Shown here piece by piece: positions 30,011-43,576 of a stretch of 64,000 nucleotides of DNA. The notes beneath the pieces were generated by a model. That model was not told where the DNA came from, searched no databases, and saw only the letters and a list, made by a program, of their open reading frames with translations. The stretch comes from the human T2T-CHM13v2.0 reference genome, Homo sapiens. The translations under genes and the position numbers were made by a program. Positions within the stretch are counted from its first letter, which is position 1, and every line of letters starts with the position of its first letter. The stretch lies in assembly GCF_009914755.1 (NCBI RefSeq), contig NC_060930.1. One strand, given 5' to 3'.

Positions 30011-33000
30011 CTTCATTACAAGAGAATGGTTGAGGTTAACTTTGGCACCAAGTTAAATAACTATAAATAATTAAATTAAATAATGTAATTTAAATAATTA
30101 AAAAGTTAAATAATTAGCTTTCCATGGATAGAATACTCCTTGCTGATCAATGATGACTGCAGTGATAGCTACAGTACGTTAACAGCAGCACCCATCAGAA
30201 ACATGATTCAAGTTGGAATGTGGGTAAGGAAGCTGATATTTGACATAGCAGATGATAGATGGTCACCGTTGGGACTTATAAATACTTTAAATCAGTATTA
30301 AAAGGACATTTATATATTGACACTACTGATGAAATAATAGTTTTATATTTTTGTTTAGTATTCCACAAATGTATCACTACTATATAAAATATGGTCCCTT
30401 TTATATAATTACTTAATTCAAGGAACCAAGAAGGAAAAAGATTATTTCAAATCTATATAATGTAATGGTCCCATTTCTTACATTTTCAGTCTTCATACTG
30501 TGAAGTCACTAACCGTAACTGTTGTAGTTTATTTTCCACAATCACTTAGGTTTCTTGTTTATCAAAAATAAAACTATCAAACTATCAAGCTCAGTAAATA
30601 ATTTATATCATTTGACAGAATAATAATCTTAAGTAAAAGTGGCCTTAATATAGATAGATATTTAGGAGACCAATAAAAACACTAATCCAACTTAAGCAAA
30701 ATGTTACCAAAAATAACTCAGATTACAGTTTTAATTGTTGTTTTATTTATTTCAAAGTGATTTTTTGTGAAGGCCAGACATACTTTTATTCTGAACACTT
30801 AGAAAGAGATTATCTTAACATACTGATATATTAAAGGACCATTGACCAGTATCCAAAAATGGTACTAATTTAAATAAAATATTTATCTACTGAGTTCTAT
30901 AATATTTCTCTTTAGCATAATGGGACAGTGGTATATTAACCCATGATAATTTTCATTATTACTTTCCATGTTGTCCCCTTATCAAACAAATATCATATAA
31001 TTCACTATTTCAGATTATACAGGTTTGCAAATATTTAATTTTAGACAGTAGAAGACACCTTAATGAGCTTTTTTTCATAAAATACATTATGACTAACCTT
31101 CCTCTGAAGGATTTATTCATCCAAAAATATAGCTGAGTTCTTACTACATGCTAGCATACTCCAGTTGCTTAAGATAGAAAGATGAATATCAAATAGTAAA
31201 TAAAGACAAGCAGTATTCAGAGAAATAGTTTCACTAGACTCACTCTGCCTGAAAAAGCTAGGTACTTCCACTTTAGCCATCAGACCTGGTATGAGTCACA
31301 GTTGGGTACACCAGGCAGCAGCCCATAAAGGCCCTGCTGTGAGCGTTCTAGTATAGCCCATGACATGAGGATAGGCTTAATATTAAGAATGGACACTGAG
31401 ACTGATGCTTCTGTCTGCCTCATTTAAATACAAAACTGCAAATATTTCCTTTAATTTGTATGCAACTTACACCTTATCACAGGACACTACAATAGGAAAG
31501 TGGAATTTATGGTGCCCCCTTCCCAATTTTGCCAAAATTGGGGAGTTTCTCTAGAATAGACTCATCAGCTTACAAATTCCCTTTTTGAATGGAAAGCATA
31601 GAAGTGGAGCAGGCCCCTGTAGGAATACTAATTTTAACTGTCTATATTTCGCATTTACTTTTCAAGATGGAAAGTACTAGCACGTGTTTTCAGGATTAGT
31701 GAAAATTAACCAATACAGGGAAAGAAAGTGATAACACTGTGGAAAGCAGGAAAAACTACAGAAGCAAATGTAGGAAAAGGTAAGAAAGGTGAAGGGTTCT
31801 GAAACACAAGTGAGCACTTGGATATCATAGAAGGAGGGCACTTTTTCACCTTAACAGGGTAAGAACAGCAACGAGGAAGATGCTAGTACAACTCTCAATT
31901 TGGTAATGGCAAGGTAAGGGAGCCCTCTTTTGATAGCTTCTATTTTATTTTTTATTAAGCATAAATATATTATCTGCAAGATGAAGAGAGGTTTTAGAAG
32001 AGAAGAGAAATTTCTTTACTCATTAGTCGATTGGCACTTGGGTTGATTCCACATCTTTGCAATTGTGAATTGTGCTGCTATAAACATATGTGTGCAAGGG
32101 TCCTTTTCATATAATGACTTGTTTTCATTGGGATATATACCCAGTATTGGGATTGCTGGATTGAATGGTAGATCTACTTTTAGCTCTTTAAGGAATTTTG
32201 ATACTGTCCTACATACAGGTTGTACTAAGTTCCATTCCCATCAGCAGTGCAAGCTGCTTTTTCCCTACATCCACCCCAACATATATTGTTTTTCGACTTT
32301 TCAATAACGGCTATTCTTGCAGGAGTAAGGTGCTCATTGTGGTTTTAATTTGCATTTCCCTGAAGATTAGTGATGTTAAGCATTTATTCATATGTTTGAT
32401 TGCTGTTTGTGTATCTTCTTTTGCAAAATTTCTATTCATGTTCTTTGCTTACTTTTTAATGGAATTATTTGGGGTTTTTTCCTTGGTGATTTGTTGGATT
32501 TCCTTATCGATTATGGATACTAGTCCTCTGTTGGATACATAGCTTGCAAATATTTTCTCCCATTCTGTTGATCATCTGTTTACTATGTTATTTCTTTTGC
32601 CGTGCAGAAGCTTTTTGGTTTAATTAAGTCTCATTTATTTATTTTGGTTTTTGTTGCATTTGCTTTTGTGGTCTTAGTTATAAATTCTTTGCCTAGGCCA
32701 GTGTCTAGAAGAGTTTTTGTAACACTGTTTTCTAGAATCTTTGTGGTTTCAGGTCTTAAGTTTTTGATCCATTTTGAGCTTACTTTTGTATATGGTGAGA
32801 GTTAGGAATTCAGTTTCATTCTTCTACACGTGGCTTGTCAGTTTTCCCAGCACCATTTATTAAATAAGGTATTCCTTCACCAACTTGTGTTTTTGTATGC
32901 TTTGACATATCACTTGGCTGTACATATTTGGCTTTATTTCTGGGTTCTCTGTTCTGCGCCACGAGCCTATGTACCTACATTTATACCATTGCCATGTTGT

Positions 33001-34391
33001 TTTGGTAACTGTACCCGTGTGGTACAATTTGGAGTCCAGTAATGCGATGTCTCTAAGTTTGTTCATTTGCTTAGGATTGCTTTGGCTATCCAGCCTCTTT
33101 TTAGGTTCTAAATTAATTTTAGGCTTGCTTTATTTTTCTAATTCTTTGAAAAATGCTGTTAGGTTTTTGATGGGAATTGCACTGAATCTGTAGATTGCTT
33201 TGGCCTGCATGGTCATTATCACGATATTGATTCTTCCAATGAATAAACATGGGATGCATTTCCATTTCTTTGTGTCAGCTATGATTTCTTTCCAGAGTGT
33301 TTTGTAGTTCTCCTTGTAGTGATCTTTCACTTCCTTGGTTAAGGTATATTCCTGGATTTCTTTTTTATTTATTTATTTTTTATTATTGACAGCTGTTTTA
33401 AAAGGGATTGAATTCTTGCTTTTATTCTCAGCTTGGTCATTTTTGGTGTGCTACTGATTTGTGTACATTGATTTTGTAATCTGAGACTACTCAATTCATT
33501 TATCAAACCTAAGTGTCTTTGGAGGAGTCTTAGGATTTTCTAGGTATTCAATCATATTATCGGCAAACAACGATAACTTGACTTCCTCTTTTCCAATTTG
33601 GATGGCCTTTATTTCTTTCTCTTGACTCATTGCTCTGGCTAGTATTTATAGAACTATGTAGAATAAGAGTGGTGAACGTGGTCATCCTTGTCTTGTTCCT
33701 GTTCTCAGGGGGAATGCTTTCAACTTTTCCTCATTCAGTATGATATTGGCTGTGGGTTTTTCATCTATAGCTTTTATTATTTTGAAGTAGTTTTCTTCTA
33801 TGCCTAGTTTATTCAGAGTTTTTATCATAAAGGGGTGCTGGATTTCGTTGAATGATTTTTCTGAATCTATTGAGATGGTCATGTAGTTTTGTTTTTAATT
33901 GTGTTTATGTGATGTTTTTAATTCTGTTTTCTGTGACGTATTCTCTCTCGATGAATCTAGCTAATAGTCTATCAGTTTTATTTTTTCAAACAATGAGTTT
34001 TGCGTTTCATTGATTTTCATATATTTTTGTGTTTGAATTTTATTGAGTTCTGCTCTGATCTTCGTTATTTCTTTTCTTCTTCTAGCTTTAGGTTTATTTT
34101 GTTCTTGTTTCTTCTGTTCCTTGAGGTACGACATTAGATCGTCAACTGTGCTTTTTTAGACTTTTTGATGTAGGCATTTAGTGCTATAAAGTTCCATCTT
34201 AGCACTGCTTTTGCTGTACTCGAGGTTTTGATAAGTTATTGCACTATTATTCAATTCAAAGAATTTTTAAAGTTTTGTCTTGACTTTGTTTTGTTTAAAG
34301 TTTTGTCAAGACTTGTCTTGATATTGTTAACCAGATATCATTCAGAAGAAGATTATTTAATTTCCATGTCTTTGTATAGTTTTGAGGGTTC

Positions 34392-35110
34392 TGAAACTGC
34401 CTTTGCAAAATTATAACTGAGGAAATTATGACAGTGCAGTGAAATAAATCAGAACTTACTAACTCTATCTTGCTTCTAACCCTTAAGCTGTCCTTGTTCA
34501 TTCCTGGGTGTAGGCTGGACTAACTTTGGGAAGGAATTTAGTTCATGGTTTGACTCTGAAACAAAACTGATAACAACCCTTTCTTGCCTGGTGTCCAGTC
34601 TGCTTTTTCAGGACTAACAAATTAGCTACAAGATTAAAAATTATAATTTAGGGGTCATACAGCCTCTGGCTCCAAGAGTCTGAAAATCCACAAATTGCTC
34701 CTAGGGATAACACCACTATTGTAAAACCTAAGATCAGTGCTTGAGATATTTTGCAGACCCTGAACTCCATAGATCAGCCAACACCACCCAGACCAGTAAT
34801 CTGGCCCAACCAGTTCTGCCAATGCACCCAAGTACAGAAGACATTAAGAAAACCTAACTTTGACCTCCTATGGTTCCATCTCCAACTTGACCAATCAGCA
34901 CTTCCCATTTCCCAAGCCCCTACCCACCAATTTATCTTTAAAAAGACTGATTCCTGAATTCTCGGGGAGACTGATTTGAGTAATAATAAAACTCCAGTCT
35001 CCCGCATGGCCAGCTCTGCATGAATTATTTTTTCACCACTGCAATTCTCTTTTCTTGATAAATCAGCTCTGTCTAGGCAGCAGGCAATGTGAACCAATTG
35101 GGCTGTTACA
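34392..35110 (+). mobile_element. LTR8/LTR8A-type solo ERV1 LTR inserted in L1 ORF2
   Basis: 'tgaaactgcctttgcaaaattataactgag' ... 'gggctgttaca'; exact TSD GTTC at 34388-34391 and 35111-35114; L1 sequence is collinear across it. Confidence 0.92.
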
Positions 35111-37909
35111 GTTCTTTGTGAAGTTGATTTCTAGTTTTATTCTGCTGTGGTCTGAGAAGATATTTGATATAATTTCCATTTTAAAAAATTTATTGAGGCC
35201 CGTTTTGTGACCTATTATATGATCAGCCTTGGAGAATGTTCCATGTGAAGATGAGATGAATGTGTATTCTACAGATCTTAAGGTAAAATGTTCTATAAAT
35301 ACCTGGTAAGCCCATTAGTTCTAGTGTATCCTTTACATTTATTGTTTCTCTGTTGACTTTCTGTCTCAAAGATTTGTCTAGTGCTGTCAGTGGTATATAG
35401 AAGTCTCTCACCATTACTGTATTGCTATCTCATTACTTAGATGTAGTAGTAATTGTTTTATGAATCTAGGAGCTCCAGTGTTTGGTGCATACATATTTAG
35501 GATTATAATATCTACTTATTGAATTTATCCTTTTATCACATATGTAGTAATGATCTTTGTCTTTTTTTAAATTTTTGCTGCTTTGAAATCTGTTTGGTCT
35601 TAATATGAGTATAGCTGCTCCTGCTCACTTTTGGTTTCCATTTGCATGGAATACCTTTTCCTACCCTTTTACTTTGAGTTTATATAAATCCTTCCCTGTT
35701 AGGTGAGTCTCTTGAAGGCAGCAGATATTTGGATTGTGATTTTTTAAATCCATTCTGCCATTCTGTATCTTTTAAATGGAGCATTTAGGTAACTTACATT
35801 CAACGTTAATATTGAAATGTGAAGTACTGTTCTCCTCATCGTGTTAATTGTTACACAGATAGTTTCTTTTCATTGCATTATTGTTTTATAGGCCCTGTGA
35901 GTTTTAAGCTTTTAAGACATTCTATTTTGCTGCATATTGGGTTTTTGTTTTAAGGTTTAGAACTTCTTTTAGTATTTCCTTTAGTGCTGGTTTGGTAGTG
36001 ACAAATTCCCTCAGCATTTGTCTGAAAATGACTTTATTTCTCATTTATGAAACTAAGTTTTATGGGAAACAAAATTCTTGGCTGACAGTTGTTCTGTTTA
36101 AGAAGGTTGAAATTAGGACCCCAATCCCTTCTGGCTTGTAAGGTTTCCGTGGAGAAGTCTGTTCTTAGTCTGATAGGTTTTCCTTTATGGTTTACTTGAT
36201 GCTTTTCCTTACTGTTCTTAGAATTCTTTCTGTTGACTTTAGATAGCCTGATGACTATATGTCTTGCTGAAGATCTTTTTGCAATAAATTTCCCAGGAGT
36301 CTTTTGAGCTTCTTGGATTTGGATATCTAGATCTCTAGCCAGACCAGGAAGTTTTCCTCAACTATTCCCTCAAATATGTTTTCCAGATTTATTATTTTCA
36401 CTTCTCCCTCAGGAGAAGGAAAGCCAATTATTGTTATTCATTTTATGTATTTCCATATTTCTTAGAGACTTTGTTCATTTTTATTCTTTTTTATTTTTGT
36501 CTGATTCAGTTAATTCAAAAGCCTTGCCTTTGAGCTCCAAAAATTCTTTCTCCTAGTTGTTCTAGCCTATTGTTAAACATTTCCACGGCATTTTATAATT
36601 ATTGCCCAAGTGTATCTTTTATTTTCAGAGTTTCTGATTAATTTTTCTTTACGATATCACTCTAGAAAATTTTTCATTCATATCCTCAACTGCCTTCTAA
36701 ATTTCTTTATGATTTTTTTTTTGCCTTTCTCTGATATCTCCTTGAGTAGCTTAATAATCAACCTTCTGAATTTATCTGGTATTTCAAAAATTTCATCTTG
36801 GTTGGGTCCACTGCTGGAGAACTAGTGTGATCTTTTGCGGGTGTTATAGCACCATGTTTTGTCATATTACCAGAGTTATTTTTCTGGTCCTTCTCATTTG
36901 GGTAGACTATTTTTTCTAATTATTCTTTATTTTACATTTGATTTAATTGTGTTTCCTTTGTTTGTTTGCTTTTAATTTTTTTCCTCTTTAAGGATGAGAC
37001 TTCAATGCTTTGAGTTAATTGTAGCCTAATTTGGTTCTTGGTGCTTTCAGGGTCAAAGACTCTGAAGAGTCCCTTGGTTATAGAAAGTGTTTGTATGATG
37101 GCTTTCTCATATGCTGGTATAGTAGCAATGGGCTCAGTGTGGAAACAAATTCAGTATCTCCTATGGGGTTGGAATGGTAGAGGTCTCTTAAAGCTTATCT
37201 CATTCCCCTGTGGTGGCACTTTATTTATTTATTTATTTCCCCCCATATTTTATTTACTGGTTTGATGGTTCAGATTTCAGGCCAGTAGGGGAGGTATCCC
37301 TGGGTAGGGACCAGTTGTAGGTAAAGCAGGTGGATAAAGTCCCAGCATTGACAGAGGTAAGTGGAGGAGCTTAAGTGAGTTGCACTGAGGTTTTATCAAG
37401 TGAAGTTTTGGAACCACTTTAGCTCCCTGCCAGGTCAGTAGGAAAGTTATCCACCTCTCAGACATGCTACTATCCCAGTGTTCTGGTTATTCAGATCAGG
37501 CAGGCACCCTTTTCATCTGTAGAAATGTTGACCTTCCAAGTAGAGAGGAATTGTGACTCTGTCTCTCATGCAAGCCTGAACCCAGGTAGTGCTCCTTCTG
37601 TGGGGATGCAGTACCCTGATGTGTTCCAGAAATGCTGTCTATGGTTGCACCCATACTGAGCTCCTGTTGGAGAAACCCAAACTGCGCCTATGATGGTGGA
37701 TAAGGGGGGAAAGGCTTCCTCTTCTCCAGTACTCTTCATGGATACCAGGACTGTCTGACTGTTGGAACTGTCTGACTGAGAGCTGAAGACCTTCCCTGCC
37801 TAGCCCAGCACCTCAACAGTACTGCTGCTGAAGGAAGCTTTCCACCAGTGGAAGGATCCTGTGGTCAAGGCCTGCCATCTGGATTCTTTTGTCTTACAGT
37901 GTGTTCTCT

Positions 37910-38074
37910 TGGGGTTGGAATGGTAGAGGTCTCTTAAAGCTTATCTCAATCCCCTGCGGTGGCACTTTATTTATTTATTTATTTCCCCCCATGTTTTATT
38001 TACTGGTTTGATGGTTCAGATTTCAGGCCAGTAGGGGAGGTATCCCTGGGTAGGGACCAGTTGTGGGTAAAGCA
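37910..38074. repeat. 165-bp dispersed direct duplicate of 37164-37328
   Basis: 4 mismatches over 165 bp by manual alignment. Confidence 0.95.
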
Positions 38075-39864
38075 CTCTCCCTTCCCCTAGGAGTGGGAAT
38101 CCCTGGGAGCCAGACTACTGTGGGTGTTGTTGCTCCTCTGGGTCTAGCTGCTCAGTGGAATTGCCCCACTCCAGGCTGGTGTTGGGGAAATGTTTGCAAG
38201 GGATCCACTGATGTGACCTGTCCTCAAGTTTTCTAGCAGTGGGTAATGGCACCAGCTCTAATGGGAGTGGCAAAGGAGTGACATAGATTCTGTGAAGTTC
38301 CTTGGTTATTGATAGTCTTAGTGTGTTGGCTTTCTTGAACACTGGTTATAGCAGTGATGAACTGGTCACATGGACAGATTCAGGAGCCCCTGGTTAGCCA
38401 GAGCGGTGTAGGCAATGTGATAGCTGAGATGCACAGCCTTCTCCTTCTTGGACACGGTGTTATTCTACCAAGAAATACAGTAATGGACTGTGTCGGTTGT
38501 CCTGCAGCCAGGAGGTGGTGCTTGCCAAAAAGCATCAGCTGTGGTGGCAACCGTGGCAGTTTTGCTTGCCTTATGTTTCCTGTTGGAGGGGAGTATCTCT
38601 GATTTCTCAGGCAATGGGCAGGGCCAAGTAGCTCCCAAGAGATTTTGATCTTTTTGTTGAGCTACCAGGGCCGATGGCAGGGCAAAGCCAGGTGGGAGCT
38701 GGGTTGGGCAGGTTTGCATTCTGAGTCTCTGTGTGTAGGGCAAACAGCAGCCCCTGTGGGTTTTTGGGGACAGGGGCAGGTTTCAAACCGCTGGGTTGAT
38801 GTTCCAGAGGAGAGTGTTGCTACCTCTGCTACACAGAAGGTTTTGTGCAGGGAATGGGGAGTAAGCCCCATGGGGTGGTAAGCCCTACAGTTCCCACACA
38901 CTTAGCAAGGCAGATCTACTCCCACAGTGTTCTACCGGCAACAGTGAACTGAGTTGGTAAGGCGGTAATCAGCACTCACCACTAACAGTAGTCATAAGAT
39001 CTTCCCACAGAGAAAGCAACCATGGCTTTTAGGCCTTGCCCTTCTCTGTCTGCTGCAAAGCCAGGCACCTGGCATCTGCACCCAGGGCTCCTGCACCCAT
39101 GGGCCTACACTCATGACTCTTGCACTCATGGCACGCTTTTCACTCTCCCCATCCTGGCCCTGGCCAAGGGAGTTCGTGTCCACCCAAAGTTATATTATGA
39201 AATCCCTTTGGGAGCCTCTTTCTACCTGTGGCCACCACTTGAAATGTTTGGCTCTCTTCCTCAGCACCCTTTGTGAGGAACAGTAAAGAATAGCTACCCT
39301 CAGTTCACACTGGGATCTAGGAGTCCATGCAAGGGTCTTCCCACTGCTGATCCTACTTTTATACTCCATGACCCTCCCCAACTCTGTTTCTGCACAGGGT
39401 GGGGTTAGGGCCTTCCCCCGTGTATTGAGCTTTCAGGGTCCCCAGTGGGAGTGTATATCCTAGAGGCAAACTCTCCCCTTCTCATACTCTATGTACTCAC
39501 AGCCTTTGCCTGACTCACACTGTAGGCTGCAGCCTCTAGCATCCTTCAAAGTGTCCATAAATTCCTCCGGTTTTCCTGTTCAGTTCCTGTGTCACTTCTT
39601 GAAAAAAATTCACAGTGTGAATCTCTGCACACTATTTTGTCCTTCCAAGTGTGAGAGATATGCTAGCAATGCCTTCAATCCACCATCTTGGGGGGGAAAA
39701 ACTCTAATTTGCTTTTAAATTAGATTTTGTATTAAGACTTTTAATAATCAAAATAATCACTGAATGCTGAACTGAATTTTTAAAATATTAAAAATAGCAA
39801 TAGTTCAGTCTGTTAATCACTAACCTAACATACACATTTATTAAAACCCTATTTCCAAAGTTGA

Positions 39865-40238
<374 letters not shown>

Positions 40239-40239
40239 C

Positions 40240-40425
40240 CTTTAGTAGTTTTATAGTTTGGGCTCTTATGTTTAAGTCTTTAATTAATTAAGATTTTTTT
40301 AATATGGTGAGAGATAGGGAATCTAGTGTCATTCTTCTGGATATGAACATCTGTTTTCTTCCTGGACCATTTATCAAAGATGGTATCTTTCCTCAATGTA
40401 TGTTTTTGGAGCATTTGTTGAAAAT
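40240..40425 (-). mobile_element. Isolated L1 ORF2 fragment, paralogous to 41842-42022
   Basis: Shared 'gatagggaatctagtgtcattcttctg' and 'catttgttgaaaat'. Confidence 0.8.
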
Positions 40426-41368
40426 GTTCCAATAGTCACAAATAAACATTCTATTAAAAAATTTTTTGAATAATGGTTAGCATCTACATTACAGTTAATA
40501 GCTAGGTCTTACTGTTAATAATTGACTAATGAACTGTTATACTAATATTCACTTTCAAAACCATCATAAAAAAACAGTTTTATGAAATAGATACTTTTAG
40601 AATTAATGGTTAATGAAAACATTCATTTTTTTCTATAAAGTTATTTTTGTGTAATATTTTTTCTTTTTTATTGATACGTAATAATAGTACATATTTAAGA
40701 GGTGCATGTGTGATTTTACTACAAGCATACAATGTATAATGATGATCAATTAAGGTAATTAGGATATTCATCACCTCAAACATTTATCTTTTTGAGTGTT
40801 GAGAGCATTTCAAATCTTTACTTCCAGCTATTTTGATATATACAATAAACTATTGCTTATGTCCCCATCCCTACCCTCATTTATGCACTTTTTCCAGCCT
40901 CTGGTACCTATCGTTTTACCCTCCCTACATGAGATAAACTTTTTAACACCCACATATGAGTGACAACATGCAATATTTGTCTTTTTGTGCCTGGCTTATT
41001 TTACTTAACATAGTCCATCAGTTCCATCCATGATGGTACAAATGACAGAGTATTATATTTTTATGGCTGAAAAGCCTTTTATTTATAAAGTTTTTATCTG
41101 TTAATCTGTTCACAAACACTTGTATTGGTTCTATATCCTGGTTATTGTGAACAGTGCTGCAATAAACATGGGAATGCAGGTATCTACTTAATATACTGAT
41201 TTCCTTTCCTCTAGATAAATACCCAGCAGTGGCATTGTGGGGTCATATGGTAGTTCTATTTTTAGATTTTTAAAAATGAACCTCCAGACTGTTTTTCTAT
41301 AATAGCTGTACTAATATATATTTCCACCAACAGTATATAATTCTCTTTTCTCCATATTCTTGCTATCA

Positions 41369-41369
<1 letters not shown>

Positions 41370-41409
<40 letters not shown>
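41370..41409. repeat. (TG)n microsatellite, ~19-20 units
   Basis: Directly visible. Confidence 0.98.
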
Positions 41410-41415
<6 letters not shown>

Positions 41416-42159
41416 GATAATAGCCATGCTAATTGGGTCGAGATAATATCTTACTGTGATTTTGATTTACATTTCCCTGATGATTAGTGATGTTGGCATG
41501 TTTTCCATATTCCTATTGAAAACTTGTATGTCTACACTTGAGAAATATATATTAATATTATTTGCCCAGTTTTTAGGGAGATTATTTGATTATTCTGTTG
41601 TTGCATTGAGTTCCTCATATATTCTGCATATTAGTCCCGATGGATGAATAGTTCACAAATATTTTTTCCAGTTCTACAGGTTGTACCTTTACTATGTTGA
41701 ACATTTCTTTTACTGTGTAGAAGCTTTATAGTTTAATATAGTCCCATTTGTCTATTTTTTTGTTTTGTTGTATGTTTTGAAGTCTTAGTTATAAAATATT
41801 TGCATTGACTAATGTTTTGAAGAATTTCTCCTATGTTCTTGTTTAGTAGTTTTATGGTTTGGGGTTATATTTAAGTCTTTCATCAATTAAGTTTTTTTAA
41901 TATGATGCAAGATAGGGAATCTAGTGTCATTCTTCTGCATACGGATACCTGTTTTCTCCAGGAATATTTATCAAAAATGGTGTCTTTCCTCAATATATGT
42001 TTTTGAAACATTTGTTGAAAATTGGTTGGCTGTAAATACAATAATCTATTTCCAGGTTTTTTATTCTGCTCTGTTGGTTAACGTGTCTGCTTTTGTGCCA
42101 ATATATTGCTGTTTTGGTTACCATAGCTTAGAAGTATATCTTGAACTCAGGTAGTGTGA

Positions 42160-42552
<393 letters not shown>

Positions 42553-43259
42553 ATTGTATTTTGATAGGAATTGCATTCAATCTGCAGATTGCTTTCAATA
42601 GTATGGTCATTTTAACAATATCAATTTTTTCAATCGTTGAGCATGGAATATTTTTCCATTTGTTTTCATCCTCTTCAATTTATTTTATCAGTGCTTTGTA
42701 GTTTTCCTAATAGAGCAATTTTCATCTACTTGTTTAAATTTATTCCTAGTTATTTTTATAGCTCTTGTAAATGATATTGTTTTCTTATATTCTTTTTTTT
42801 ATCTAGTTTGTTATTGGTGTATAGAAATGCTACTGTTTTATATGTTGATTTTGTATTCTGCAAGTTTACTGAATTTGCTTATCACGGCTAAGAGGTTTTT
42901 GGTGGAATCTTTAGGATTTTCTATATAAAGACTGTGTTATCTGCAAAAAGAGACAATTTGTCTTCCTCTTAGATTGGAGTGTGTTTTCTCTTCTTTTTCT
43001 TGACTAATTGCTCTGGATATGATATCAAGTTCTATGTTGAATAAGAGAGGTGACAGTGGGTATCCTTGTCTTGTTCCAGCAGGTTTCCACCTTTTCTCAA
43101 TTTCACCTTTTCTCAATTCAGTATAATGTTAGATGTGGTTTGTCATATGTGGTCTCTATTATGTTGAAATATGTTCCTTCTATGCCTAATTAGTTGACAG
43201 TTTTTATCATGAAAGGATGTTCAATTTTATCAAATGTTTTCCTGAATCTATTGAGATGA

Positions 43260-43576
<317 letters not shown>

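Larger units (their letters stand above)
32015..39696 (-). mobile_element. L1PB-type LINE-1: long 5' UTR, ORF1 and most of ORF2 (decayed); 3' UTR and tail missing; internal deletion at ~33940; LTR inserted at 34392
   Basis: ORF2 remnants in the ORF track (32860-33066, 33130-33330, 33682-33882 '[22 protein letters not shown]', EN 35223-35414); 5' terminus 'caccatcttgggggg' at ~39690. Confidence 0.92.
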
